A DNA stretch of 64,000 bases from assembly GCA_965223265.1 (NCBI GenBank), contig OZ244999.1, positions 6,048,001-6,112,000 on the forward strand, written 5' to 3'. This document shows positions 40,964-51,229 of the stretch, piece by piece. How positions within the stretch are numbered: position 1 is the first letter of the stretch; each line of letters starts with the position of its first letter. This DNA comes from Planctomycetota bacterium (GTDB lineage Bacteria; Planctomycetota; UBA8108; SXIK01). Position numbers and translations under genes: made by a program. Under the pieces are notes generated by a model. It saw only the letters and a program-made list of their open reading frames with translations, made no database searches and was not told the DNA's origin.

Positions 40964-43900
40964 ATGACGAGTGCCGGTGGTTGGACACCCCTGACGGGCG
41001 CAAAAGTTCCCGCTGAGGCGACTCACCCGAGTCAAATGTCGTTTCCCACGCCGAAGGCACCTAAGGTGACGATTCCTTCGACGACGGATGACGGATTCAT
41101 GGATCCTTTCAACTGTGGTGGCCACTGCGGCTGTGAGGGGAACTGCTCTTCGAGCGGTAGTCGTCCCGCTGCGGTGAACATCGCCAGCGGTTCACTTCTC
41201 TACCACTACAAGATTCCTGAAAACACGATCCCGGTAGAGATCTACTACGAGTCAGACCAAGCCGGGATCTTGGCTCTAGGGACGGCTGATGGGTGGACGA
41301 CGAACCTTCACCGCCGCATCGAGAAGAGCGGCACCACGGTAACGGTGAAGACGTCCGATGGAGGGTCGGTAGACTATGAGAAGGGTACATCGGTCGTCTA
41401 TTATCCGACCGCCGGATACGACAATATCGTGGTCGAATCACCCGTTATTGCCGATTTGTTTACGGAGATTCTTCCGAACGGTGTGAAGTTCGTCTACGAC
41501 CTTTCGGAGTCGGGGAGACTGACGAACATCGAGGATCCCGACGGGCGTAAGTGGACGTTTACGTATTCGACCGGGACGCAGCTCTCATCGGTTGAAAACC
41601 ACCGCAGTCGCTTGGTCACTCTCCACTACGACGGCTCTCGCATCGAGGCGATTGAGGACACCGCCGGTCGGCTGACAAGCTTTAGCTACACAAGTGGGAA
41701 ACTCTCTCAGATCGAGGACGCGGTTGGCTGTTTGACGACTTTTGAGTATACGACGGGGACTGTGGAAATGGATCTGATCGAGGATCCGGACCATCGAACC
41801 GAAGTGGTGTACTCCTCGAGCAAGGTCCAAACGGTGAAGGGTGTCGATGCGAACGACACGACGAACAAGGACTTCACGACGTTCACGTACGCAAGCTCGA
41901 CCGAGACGGCAGTGAAGAACCCGCTTGGGCAGGTGACGTCGTATCTGTATGACAGCAGTGAGAAGTATCTCGACGCTCTAGAGAACGCTGAAGAGGAGGT
42001 GACGACGTTCAACTGGAGCTCGACAGCTCGTCGCGTGACGTCGGTGGTAAATCCTCGGAGCGTGACGACACGCTACACGTGGGAGTTGGTGAGTAGTGAG
42101 ACCGGCGAGACTAGAAGACGCCTGAAAGCCATAGAGCCCGGGGATCAAGGGGATTTCGTTACATACACCTACGAAGCTGCAGGCAGCTATCGCGTCAAGA
42201 GTGAGAAAGATCAGCTCGGGAACGTGACGACGTACACGTATGACGAAGGCCATCTGAGAAGTCTTCAGAACGCGAAGCGGGAGCTGACGACATGGGTGTA
42301 CGCAAATGATGTTCTCACTTCGATCGAGGATGCCCGAGGCAATCCGACGACTTTGACGTTCGGTAGTCAGGGGCTTGTGCAAACAGTCGAAGACGCTGAG
42401 GGGAACGTGACGACGTTTGGGTATGACGCGGCGGCGAATCCTGCGTACGCGATCGACGCGCTGAACCATCGGACGACGTTTGCCTATGATGCGTCCAATC
42501 GACGGACTGTGACTCACGACGCCCAAGGCGGGATCACGACAATCACGTATGAGGTATGTGGCCTCGTTCAGAGTGAGACCGATGCACGGGGGTATACGAC
42601 GACGTACACCTATGATCACAACGGCCAGCGAACGGAAACAATTGATGCGCTTGAGAACATTTGGACGTTTACGTACGACAAAGCGAGAAATCGTATCAGT
42701 CAGCAAGATGCTCTGGCTCGAGTGGCAACTTGGACTTATGACAAGGTGGGTAGGGCTGTCGCGAGAGTAGATGCGCTTGACCAGACTTCGACAACTTCTT
42801 ACGATGCTAACGGTAATGTAATTTCACAAGAAGATCCCAGCGGCGCCATCGTCACTACTCAGTACGATGACTTGGATCGTGTCCAGGTGTCCATCGATGC
42901 CTTGAAGTACAGAACGACGTACGCATACGACGCAGCAGGAAACCAGACAAGCATAACTGACGCGCGTGGCAATGTGACGACAAAGAGCTATGACGAGCTC
43001 AACCGCTTGGAGTCCGAGCATCGAGCAGACGGCGGAATCTCGACGACTGTATACGACGAAGTGGGAAACGTTAGGGCGACGATCGATACGAGAAACTATC
43101 GCACGACGAACACATACAACAAGGTCAATCGCCTGATTGCGGTCGAGAACGCTACGAACTACGTCACTACGACGAGTTACGACGCGACTGGACGGCGTAG
43201 GTCTGAAGAGAACGCACGAGGAGCAGTGACCACTTGGAGCTACGACAAGATCGGACGGGTGATTGACGAATCTGATCCTCTTGAGTGCCACACAACGTAC
43301 GCGTATGACGCCAGCGGCAATCGCACAAGTCGAACAGACGCACGAGGGAATCGTTCGGACTTAGTTTACGACGAGCTTGGCAGAAGGACAGTTGAGGTCT
43401 CTCCGCTTTCTGAGAGGACGACTACGTCCTACGATGCGGTGGGGAATGCGACAGAAATCCAATACCCGAATGGGGATCTTCTCACTCGGACCTTTGATTC
43501 TCTGAACCGGCGAGTTACGGAAACCAATCCAGCGGGTTACGTTCAAACAATCATTTACGACGACGTCCAGAGGGCACATGGAGCGATTGATTTCGATGGC
43601 AACAGAACAACGCGGATGTTTGACGCGCGTGGCGATTTGTCGACCGAAATAAGTTCAGAAGAAATACTTGTGACCTATACCTACGATGAAGCCAGAAATC
43701 GTCGATCGAGAGAGGACGGCGCCGGCAAACTAACGACTTTTTCGTACGATGGTCTCAACCGACTTGAGGCCATTGAGGATCCACTGAAATACCTTACTAC
43801 GTTTTCGTATGACACCGAGGGAAATCTCTCACTTAGAATGAACGCTGGGGGGATTGTCACGACATACAGTTACGACGAAATCAACCGGCGTTCGCGCATT

Positions 43901-45826
43901 GACTATGCGTCGAGCTTCGTTACATATGAATATGATGAGGTGGGAAACCTGAAACGATGGAGCGACTTAAGAGGTTTTCATTCACTCTCTTACGACCTTC
44001 GTAACAGTGTCACTTCGATGAAAAGAGGTGACGGTCTAATTCTTACGTATACTTACGATAACGTTCGAAATCGGAAGACGCTTACCGACGAAATCGGTGG
44101 CTTGCAAACTTATTCATATGACGCCCTCAACCGTGTCGAGGTTCTCGTCAATCCCGCAAACGAGAAGACCACTTTCAGCTATGATTCTTTGAGTAGAGTT
44201 CGGTTGATCGAGTGCGCGAATAACACCGATACGACTTATGGTTATGATGCGACGGGCGGCGTCAATGAGATTAGGACATATAAGAGAAGTGACCCCGGCG
44301 TCATACTCTCGACCCAAACGTACACCTTAGACCGATCTGGGCGACCTAAGGAAATGTTTCGTGTCGGGCACGGCGCGGTCCCGGTGACTGCAATCACAAC
44401 GTTCATATTTGACAAAGATCACCGGATTGTACGAGAAAAGAGGACATCGTCGAACTCCACAAACGAATTCGATATTACGTACACCTATGATAAGGCGAAT
44501 AATGTAAAAACGAAAGAAAGAGATGCCGTCGTTACCACTTTTTTCTACGATGCGCGCGGTTCTCTGACTGATGTTGAGGCGGCGGCTTCGTCAGAGTCGC
44601 GGACCCTCGAGTATGACCCCCGAGCCAATCTTGTTCTCGTTGACCAGGACGCTGGGCTGACGACGTATGTGTATGATGAGGAAAGTAGGCTGACTAAAGT
44701 TGAAGATAGTACTTCGGGGGCGGTGTTGAGTCAGGTCTATCGCTACGACGCTTTTAGTGATCGTTCTTCCTGGACCGATGAGGATGGTGCTTTTGTTACG
44801 GAGGTGAGAGATCAGGAAGGGCTTCTATCTCAAGACCGTGGGGTAGGTAGGAACAGGTTTACCGATGTCTCGCTACCATCGGGTAGGCAGGTGGTTAGTC
44901 AAAGCAGCGGATCAAGGTTTTATACGTTCAATTCCTTAGGGTCTTTGGACACTCTCGCTGGTTCATCTGCTTCGTTCCAAGGGGAATTTATATCGACTTG
45001 GTTTTGTGATGTTGTTTCAGATGTGTCGGGTGATTCGGGGCAGATTATAGTCCCGAAATGTCGGGCGAGAGAGGGTTGGTTGACAGACTCTAGTGGCGGT
45101 ATTCCGGAGGCCTTTAACAACCTGGCCCGGTGGGAGCAAGGTTCGGACTTTCATTACTGGCCATTTGCCTACGGAATTTTGTGGATTACAGAGGTGTATA
45201 AATGGATAGACGAGTTTATTCATCGACGATGTGGTCCAGATGTGACGGATTGGCTGAAGCGAGAGATGGCAATAAACTCATCTACGAAACATCTTCAGCC
45301 TCCTCCTCGCTGGCTTCTTGCCTTGCCTGTAATTGGAGCGGTTTATCTCGCGGATCATCTGCTTGCGTTTGCGAATTGTGTGAAGCCGCGAGCCGTCTGG
45401 GACTTTAAGAGTCAACATCGTTGGGTGGTCGATGGGTGTCCGTCGCAGGACTGCCGTAACACAGTTTCGATTTGTGGAATCTGTTTCCATCAGGACGTCC
45501 CGGGGAACATTCACTATGGGTATTTATGCAGAGCATTCGGATTTCGAGATTCGGTATGTTTGGCGGCTCCCGCAGTGCCAGCGCTCGGGAATGAACCGGC
45601 ACACGATGTTTGGGCAGTGTTAATCGGAATGACCGTTTACGACAAGAATGCAGACCTCTGCAAATTGGTGACTTTGCTGAACGGCTTCATGAATCGAGGA
45701 GCGCCGGGAGAGCGAGGTTACGCAGTTCCCTGTAGACCATGTTCGATCCGGTACGACGCTCCGAATCGACCATGTAATCCCAAACCTCTCCCACCGTACG
45801 TTGCGGATCCGATGTACGGGTACTAA
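40964..45826 (+). CDS. Rhs/YD-repeat protein with C-terminal Ntox44-like RNase toxin domain
   Basis: Dozens of G..TT..YD..GN repeats; tip has WDFK...DVPGNIHYGY, characteristic of toxin-44 domains. Confidence 0.85.
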   Translation: MTSAGGWTPLTGAKVPAEATHPSQMSFPTPKAPKVTIPSTTDDGFMDPFNCGGHCGCEGNCSSSGSRPAAVNIASGSLLYHYKIPENTIPVEIYYESDQAGILALGTADGWTTNLHRRIEKSGTTVTVKTSDGGSVDYEKGTSVVYYPTAGYDNIVVESPVIADLFTEILPNGVKFVYDLSESGRLTNIEDPDGRKWTFTYSTGTQLSSVENHRSRLVTLHYDGSRIEAIEDTAGRLTSFSYTSGKLSQIEDAVGCLTTFEYTTGTVEMDLIEDPDHRTEVVYSSSKVQTVKGVDANDTTNKDFTTFTYASSTETAVKNPLGQVTSYLYDSSEKYLDALENAEEEVTTFNWSSTARRVTSVVNPRSVTTRYTWELVSSETGETRRRLKAIEPGDQGDFVTYTYEAAGSYRVKSEKDQLGNVTTYTYDEGHLRSLQNAKRELTTWVYANDVLTSIEDARGNPTTLTFGSQGLVQTVEDAEGNVTTFGYDAAANPAYAIDALNHRTTFAYDASNRRTVTHDAQGGITTITYEVCGLVQSETDARGYTTTYTYDHNGQRTETIDALENIWTFTYDKARNRISQQDALARVATWTYDKVGRAVARVDALDQTSTTSYDANGNVISQEDPSGAIVTTQYDDLDRVQVSIDALKYRTTYAYDAAGNQTSITDARGNVTTKSYDELNRLESEHRADGGISTTVYDEVGNVRATIDTRNYRTTNTYNKVNRLIAVENATNYVTTTSYDATGRRRSEENARGAVTTWSYDKIGRVIDESDPLECHTTYAYDASGNRTSRTDARGNRSDLVYDELGRRTVEVSPLSERTTTSYDAVGNATEIQYPNGDLLTRTFDSLNRRVTETNPAGYVQTIIYDDVQRAHGAIDFDGNRTTRMFDARGDLSTEISSEEILVTYTYDEARNRRSREDGAGKLTTFSYDGLNRLEAIEDPLKYLTTFSYDTEGNLSLRMNAGGIVTTYSYDEINRRSRIDYASSFVTYEYDEVGNLKRWSDLRGFHSLSYDLRNSVTSMKRGDGLILTYTYDNVRNRKTLTDEIGGLQTYSYDALNRVEVLVNPANEKTTFSYDSLSRVRLIECANNTDTTYGYDATGGVNEIRTYKRSDPGVILSTQTYTLDRSGRPKEMFRVGHGAVPVTAITTFIFDKDHRIVREKRTSSNSTNEFDITYTYDKANNVKTKERDAVVTTFFYDARGSLTDVEAAASSESRTLEYDPRANLVLVDQDAGLTTYVYDEESRLTKVEDSTSGAVLSQVYRYDAFSDRSSWTDEDGAFVTEVRDQEGLLSQDRGVGRNRFTDVSLPSGRQVVSQSSGSRFYTFNSLGSLDTLAGSSASFQGEFISTWFCDVVSDVSGDSGQIIVPKCRAREGWLTDSSGGIPEAFNNLARWEQGSDFHYWPFAYGILWITEVYKWIDEFIHRRCGPDVTDWLKREMAINSSTKHLQPPPRWLLALPVIGAVYLADHLLAFANCVKPRAVWDFKSQHRWVVDGCPSQDCRNTVSICGICFHQDVPGNIHYGYLCRAFGFRDSVCLAAPAVPALGNEPAHDVWAVLIGMTVYDKNADLCKLVTLLNGFMNRGAPGERGYAVPCRPCSIRYDAPNRPCNPKPLPPYVADPMYGY

Positions 45827-45829
45827 GCG

Positions 45830-46167
45830 TTGGACGTACGACCGCCTCCGCGAGTTCCGTGATTTCTATCCTAGTTCTTTACTGAAAAGAGAAACTCTCG
45901 ACGTTGAGATCGAAGCCTCGTTTTCAACGCACAATCACAGAGGTCGAGCGCGTCGCGCTCACGAGTGTTTTCGACTTGTCGCCATCCGTAACGAAGACCA
46001 CGGCCAGTATCACCTTTACGTCACCAACGTCGAACACGACGATCTCATCGCCGAGGAGGTCGCCAGCGTCTACCGCTATCGCTGGGAAATCGAACTCATC
46101 TTCAACGAGCTGGAGTCCGGCTACCGAATGGACCAGCTGACGAGTCGGCGCTTCCCACGTGGTGGAA
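45830..46167 (+). pseudogene. IS4-family transposase remnant (first part)
   Basis: YHLYVTN, YRYRWEIELIF.EL (Y-2-R-3-E signature); continues after the IS256 nest. Confidence 0.7.
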
Positions 46168-47156
46168 GGGATATTCTCGAAAGTTGTGGCCTGACGAGTA
46201 AACGAAAGGCGGCGTATCCTTTCTTGTGACCAAACAAGAAACACGCCCGAAAGGGCGGAAAGGATACGCCTTGGAGAAGAACGTACCAAGTCAGCAGACC
46301 GATAGCGAGCCTCGCCTATCGCTCGACGAAATCGTGCGGGACGGAGCGCAGAAGATGCTGCAAGCGGCCCTTGAGACCGAGATCGAAGTGCAGCAGCATT
46401 CGGGAATCGTCGATGAACAGGGACGACGACAGGTCGTCCGAAACGGCCACCTACCCGAGCGCGAGCTCCTCACCGGCGCTGGGAGACTCTCGGTGGAACA
46501 GCCTCGGGCTAGAGATCGTCGAGAACTGCCGGGAGAGGAGAAGATCCGATTCAGCTCTTCGATCCTCCCTCCGTATCTTCGTCGCTCCAAGAATCTCGAT
46601 GAGTTGATCCCGTGGCTCTATCTGCGGAATCTCCAGTGGAGACTTCTCAGGTGCTCTGGAGGGACTCGTTGGTCCTGAAGCGAGGAATCTCTCAGCGAAC
46701 GTCGTGACTCGTCTCACTGAGACCTGGAAGACGGAGTACGAGACATGGAGTCGTCGTGATCTCTCTGAGAAGACCTACGTTTACCTCTGGGCTGACGGCG
46801 TGTATTTCAACGTCCGGCTGGACGAAGAGAGGCAGTGTATCCTTGTTCTCATGGGGGCAACCAGCGATGGCCGCAAGGAACTCATCGGGATCCTTGACGG
46901 TTATCGCGAGAGTGAGCAGAGCTGGAGGGAACTCCTATTGGATCTGAATGTCATTCCCGGCAGAAGTTGACCCGTGTTCCCGGGCTCGGTTGACCCACCT
47001 CATTCGGCGTTTCTCATTCGACTGCGATTTCGACACCACTGCATCTCATTCCCCTTGATGTGCGGGACAACGAACGGGCCGACGGCGATGAGAAAAGCCC
47101 CGAGACCAGGTTTGGCGTCGGGGCTTTCGGGGTGGCGTGTTGCTGCGAGGTCGTCG

Positions 47157-48017
47157 CTATGCGCCCACGTCGGCCGGCGTAGTGCGCTCCTTCGGTGGTG
47201 TCTGCTGAGACGGCGCCTCGTTGCTCGGCGATTTACGCTGCGGACGCGTTGGCCGGATGCTCGCGCCCGTCAGCCGTATCCCCTGTGCGCCCTCCAGCAG
47301 CCGATCACTGAAGGCCATGCCCATTGCCTTTGAGGGAAAGAACTGCCACCACTCGGTGACGTCGGTATTTGAGGTGACGATGGTCGCACCCGAGGCGAGT
47401 TCGTGACGGTCAACGATGAGGCTGAAGAGAAACTCCACCTTCTCCGGTGCGTAGGGAAGGTAGGCGAGGTCGTCGAGGATGAGTAGATCGACGTCGCGCA
47501 CACACTTGTAGACTTTGCCGAAGTGAAACGAGCTGCGCTTGGAGTAGAGGGTATCGACAAGATCGGCGGTGTTGAAGCTCAAGACCTTGAAGGCGCGCTT
47601 CAGCGCTTCCACACCGAGCGTACGCGCCAGGAAAGTCTTCCCGGTGCCGACGCCGCCGGCGAGGATTACGTTGCGCCGCGCACGCACAAACTCGCACTGC
47701 GCGAGGTCGCGCACCACGGCAGGCTCGAGGCCGTGCTCACGGGCAAGATCGAAGTCGAAGTGCTCGAGCCCGTACGCTTCGCTCAACCCAGAGACTTTGA
47801 GGTGGCGTTCGAAACGCCTCTGGCGTTTTCTCACCTCCTCACGCTGAAAAAGCTCGAAGAGCAGTTCGAGCTGACCCCAACCTTCCCTCTGCGAGGTTTC
47901 TAAAAGTTCGGCCAGTTCCTCTGCCATGGAGGTGAGCCTGAGTGCCCGCAGCATGGCGCAGAGCGCATCGAGAGTGTTGTCGCCGGGGCGCCCGGCCGTC
48001 GCGTTACTCGTCGTCAT
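47157..48017 (-). CDS. istB: IS21 helper ATPase
   Basis: GGVGTGKT, LLILDD, IVTSN, DRL. Confidence 0.9.
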   Translation of the reverse strand: MTTSNATAGRPGDNTLDALCAMLRALRLTSMAEELAELLETSQREGWGQLELLFELFQREEVRKRQRRFERHLKVSGLSEAYGLEHFDFDLAREHGLEPAVVRDLAQCEFVRARRNVILAGGVGTGKTFLARTLGVEALKRAFKVLSFNTADLVDTLYSKRSSFHFGKVYKCVRDVDLLILDDLAYLPYAPEKVEFLFSLIVDRHELASGATIVTSNTDVTEWWQFFPSKAMGMAFSDRLLEGAQGIRLTGASIRPTRPQRKSPSNEAPSQQTPPKERTTPADVGA

Positions 48018-49606
48018 CGCTGCTCCTCCTGCTCGTTGTTTGACTCGTCATCTTCGACGCTCTCGCCGAAGAATGTTCCGTACTGATCTGGCGAGCCGGG
48101 ATCGACCGAGCCGAGTGACAGCCCTCTCGGCATCTCATCCGACATCACACCGATGTGGCCTGTGGGACGCTCGCGGCTGAGAAGCTCCCGCACGTACCCG
48201 GCGGTCGCAGTCCCATCAGTCAAGGCACGCTCAAGCGCAGCTTCGAGCTCTTCGCGACGGTAACGGCGCGCAAGGGTGAGGACCTCACGTAGGTGAATCG
48301 GTGCGATCGAGCGCAAGTTCCGCTTGAGCTCCTCAAGGAAGCGCTTGTGAGCAGAGAAACGTTCCAGAAACTGACGTTCGAGCTCAGGTGTGCTCGTGTG
48401 ACGACGACGTTTGCGCAGCTCGGCGTAGTGCTCCTCGTTGACGATGAGCTGGCCTTTGTCTTCCGACAGCAGGTGCTCGGCGATGAGCTCGCCCTTTTGG
48501 TTGTGGATCAAGAGATCGGTAACGCCGATCGATACCCACACCTTGCGCAAGCCGTTTTCTACGAGACGCGATGGCACCGTGTAGCGGTTGCCACAGACCG
48601 ACACCGTACAGTCTTTCTCTACGAGCCGCGTCTCTACATGGCGGTGAAGGAGATCCGTCTTTGGCAGAGGGTAGAGATACTCCTTCTCCTGGAGCCAGCG
48701 CTCGTGCGGCACTTCCTGCGTGCTCGAGTGCTTGCGGCGGTTGCCTTCCTCTGGATCTTCACCGCCATCGAGCCAGCGGCGAAGCTGTGCGTTGAAATCC
48801 TCGAGTGACTCAAATTCGCGATGTGGAAGAAAGCCTCTCTCGCAGTAATAAAATGGCCTTTCGACCTTCCCTTTGCGCTCCTTGTCGCCTGGCGCGCAAA
48901 GAAACACTTCGAAGCCGTAGTGCTCACTGAAGGCGCGAAAGTCATCGCTGAGAAGCGGTCGGCCATCGATTTCAAACGAAGCGATCGTTTTCTGCCAGTC
49001 GTAGACGATGCGCCACGGCACGCCCTCAAAGTAGCGGAAGGCGGCGACGTGACCGTGAAGGAGCGTGGAGCGCTGCTGATCGAAGTACGCTCTGAGAAAC
49101 TGCTGACGACTCCAGCACAGAATCAGACTGAAGACTTGTACCTTCGTGAGCTTGCCTGCGATCTTCACTCGGTACTCGGTCCAATCCTGCTGTGATTCCT
49201 CCGCTGGCTGCGTCTCGAAGCGCGCGTACGCCTTGCGACTGCGGCGCCACCGGCCGCGACGACTGCGCACGTACTCCTCGAGAATCGTGCGGCCGCCGGG
49301 GTAGCCGAGTTTGCGGATCTCCTTGAGGATCAGCCGCACGCTGATTGGCCTTGTACGAGGGCTGGCCTGCAGGATCCGCTCGTCTTTTTCGAGGATCGCC
49401 TCGATGTGTCTCTTGTAAGGCTCCAGGACGGAAGTGCGCGGCGCCGCGCTCTCCTTGCGTTTCTCTCTGCGCCTGACCTTCAGTGTCGGCTCGAGTATCT
49501 CCCGCACGGTGTTGCGCGAGATTGCGAGCTTGCGTGCGATCGCACGGCTGCCGAGTCCGGCTCTCCTCAGCTTTTTGACACGATCTCGTGTCTCTGGTTT
49601 GATCAT
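48014..49606 (-). CDS. istA: IS21 transposase
   Basis: N-terminal HTH (SRAIARKLAISRNTVR), RFET.P.E..Q.DW, F.GVP..IVYD, KGKVER; ATG at 49606 with GGAG upstream. Confidence 0.9.
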   Translation of the reverse strand: MIKPETRDRVKKLRRAGLGSRAIARKLAISRNTVREILEPTLKVRRREKRKESAAPRTSVLEPYKRHIEAILEKDERILQASPRTRPISVRLILKEIRKLGYPGGRTILEEYVRSRRGRWRRSRKAYARFETQPAEESQQDWTEYRVKIAGKLTKVQVFSLILCWSRQQFLRAYFDQQRSTLLHGHVAAFRYFEGVPWRIVYDWQKTIASFEIDGRPLLSDDFRAFSEHYGFEVFLCAPGDKERKGKVERPFYYCERGFLPHREFESLEDFNAQLRRWLDGGEDPEEGNRRKHSSTQEVPHERWLQEKEYLYPLPKTDLLHRHVETRLVEKDCTVSVCGNRYTVPSRLVENGLRKVWVSIGVTDLLIHNQKGELIAEHLLSEDKGQLIVNEEHYAELRKRRRHTSTPELERQFLERFSAHKRFLEELKRNLRSIAPIHLREVLTLARRYRREELEAALERALTDGTATAGYVRELLSRERPTGHIGVMSDEMPRGLSLGSVDPGSPDQYGTFFGESVEDDESNNEQEEQR

Positions 49607-50453
49607 TCGTCGTAGCTCCGCTGACAGTGACCCGTCGCCCCTTCTCCCTGACCACCAGGGGACTGGGTGACGCCTTTTCTTCAAGATGTGTGGCGGCGCG
49701 CTCGATCCGCTCTGCGAGCGCACCGAGGACTTTGCGTGCGCGCTCGGGGTCTTCCTGAAGACTGAGCTCAAGCAGCTCGTCGACCGAGCGGCGTAGCTCA
49801 CCGAGCGCTTGAGGCGCAAGCGGCGCAAGAGACTCCAGTTCGCACAGTGCGGCGCGTGGGTCCTCGCGAAGCCGCGCGCGTTCGGTGGCGTCTTTTGACT
49901 CAAGCAGCCGCAGAAAGCGGATCGCCTCGTGAAGCGAGAGCGACGCCGCGCTCACGGCAAGCGCCGTCGCCACTTGCTCGGTGGGATCGAGCCGTGCCAG
50001 TGAAAGGATCACCGTCGGACGAAAGAGCCGTTCGGGAACGACGTCGTAGACCTCGTGCTCGAGCCTCTTCACAATCTCCAAGCGGTGACGGACCCAGCGG
50101 CGGCTCCGGCCGAGTCCTCGGGCAAGCGCCCGCTCGGTGAGCTTGTCTCGCACGGTGAGATCGGCAATGACGGCAAGCTCTTCGCGCAGCGTCGTTCGAC
50201 GACGCGGACTGTTGCGCTTGAGTCGCTCGAGCTTTCCCTCGACCCGACTCCAGGACTTCACGACGACCCAGACCTCGTCGACAGCCTGGGACTTCAGCGC
50301 GAAGAAACGCTTGAAGCCATCGACGAGCAGGAGACGCTTTCCCTCCTGAAGGACGAAGAGCGGCTGCTCTGGCTCGAGCGTCGTCTCTGCCGAGTTGCTC
50401 TCAAAAAGCTCAAGTGAGATCTCGCTGAGCGCGACCTTGCGCAAGCTGCTCAT
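49026..50453 (-). CDS. ParB-like N-terminal domain plus HTH protein (C-terminal extent doubtful)
   Basis: LLVDGFKR (ParB box-like), LARGLGRSRRWVRHRL HTH; the tail overlaps istA by ~580 nt. Confidence 0.65.
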   Translation of the reverse strand: MSSLRKVALSEISLELFESNSAETTLEPEQPLFVLQEGKRLLLVDGFKRFFALKSQAVDEVWVVVKSWSRVEGKLERLKRNSPRRRTTLREELAVIADLTVRDKLTERALARGLGRSRRWVRHRLEIVKRLEHEVYDVVPERLFRPTVILSLARLDPTEQVATALAVSAASLSLHEAIRFLRLLESKDATERARLREDPRAALCELESLAPLAPQALGELRRSVDELLELSLQEDPERARKVLGALAERIERAATHLEEKASPSPLVVREKGRRVTVSGATTNDQTRDTRSCQKAEESRTRQPCDRTQARNLAQHRAGDTRADTEGQAQRETQGERGAAHFRPGALQETHRGDPRKRRADPAGQPSYKANQRAADPQGDPQTRLPRRPHDSRGVRAQSSRPVAPQSQGVRALRDAASGGITAGLDRVPSEDRRQAHEGTSLQSDSVLESSAVSQSVLRSAALHAPSRSRRRLPLL

Positions 50454-50773
50454 CGCACCCGCCTCTGGGGTAACGAGAGCACCTGAAAGGTCGGATATTC
50501 AAACGCGACGAGATCCTTCTCGATGAGTCCGCCCAGTGCGTGGAGGTGATCGTCGAGCGAGAATCCCAGGCACTCTGCGATGCGAGCGTGGCTCCAGAAG
50601 CTCGTTCCTTCGGGGCCGGCTACCAGTGTGAGAAAGAAGTAGAGTGCGATCTCGTCGCGCGAGAGTTCAGTGATGAGTCCGCGATGGAACAGATCGCGAT
50701 CGATCCACGAGAACTGCCGGGGAATCGTGCGCACGCGCTCCGGGCGCACAGCGTCTCTGCGAGGGTCGGACAT
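50450..50773 (-). CDS. small winged-helix-like protein
   Basis: FSWIDR...ALYFFL.LVA...GTSFWS..RIAECL; stop overlaps the ParB ATG. Confidence 0.7.
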   Translation of the reverse strand: MSDPRRDAVRPERVRTIPRQFSWIDRDLFHRGLITELSRDEIALYFFLTLVAGPEGTSFWSHARIAECLGFSLDDHLHALGGLIEKDLVAFEYPTFQVLSLPQRRVR

Positions 50774-50890
50774 GGCGAGTCTCCCTGAAAGTCTGTGTTA
50801 GGGGGTTGTTCCATGTGGCCGTTTGGCGGCAGAATTGGAACACTCGCCAAGGTATGATCTCTTCGTCACTTAGGACGAAATGAGAGAAGC

Positions 50891-51229
50891 GTGCACATCG
50901 GAATACACACACGCTGGGAGGTGCTCGAGGACAAGCTCGAGCTGCGCGAGCACCCACGCTCAAAGCGCGGCACATGGCAACTCTCCCGACTCCCCGAGAA
51001 GCTCTCGAAACAGGGACCGAACTACCTCTTCGTCGCCGTCGACGGCGTGTGGCAGGGCTACTTCACACTCGACGACGAGATCCTGTGGAACCCCGAGGAG
51101 AGGCGCTGCCAGTATTCTCTCGTCTTTGACACCGAGACCTGGGTCGACATCCGACCGATCAAGACGAAGCGATTTCGCGGCTTCACCTACAACACTCCAC
51201 CGCTCCAGGAGATCCAGCGCGTGCGATAA
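50891..51229 (+). CDS. passenger hypothetical protein inside the IS21
   Basis: 112-aa aromatic, beta-rich ORF ending FRGFTY; lies inside the TSD-defined element. Confidence 0.6.
   Translation: MHIGIHTRWEVLEDKLELREHPRSKRGTWQLSRLPEKLSKQGPNYLFVAVDGVWQGYFTLDDEILWNPEERRCQYSLVFDTETWVDIRPIKTKRFRGFTYNTPPLQEIQRVR

Noticed and set aside
40964-45826. Rhs as a T6SS effector or Tc toxin subunit
   Set aside because: No PAAR, VgrG, Hcp or TcA/TcB genes or domains are recognisable in the window; the delivery route is unknown.
48014-49903. 629-aa istA as given in the ORF track
   Set aside because: The first 99 codons overlap the ParB gene; the HTH and RBS point to ATG 49606.
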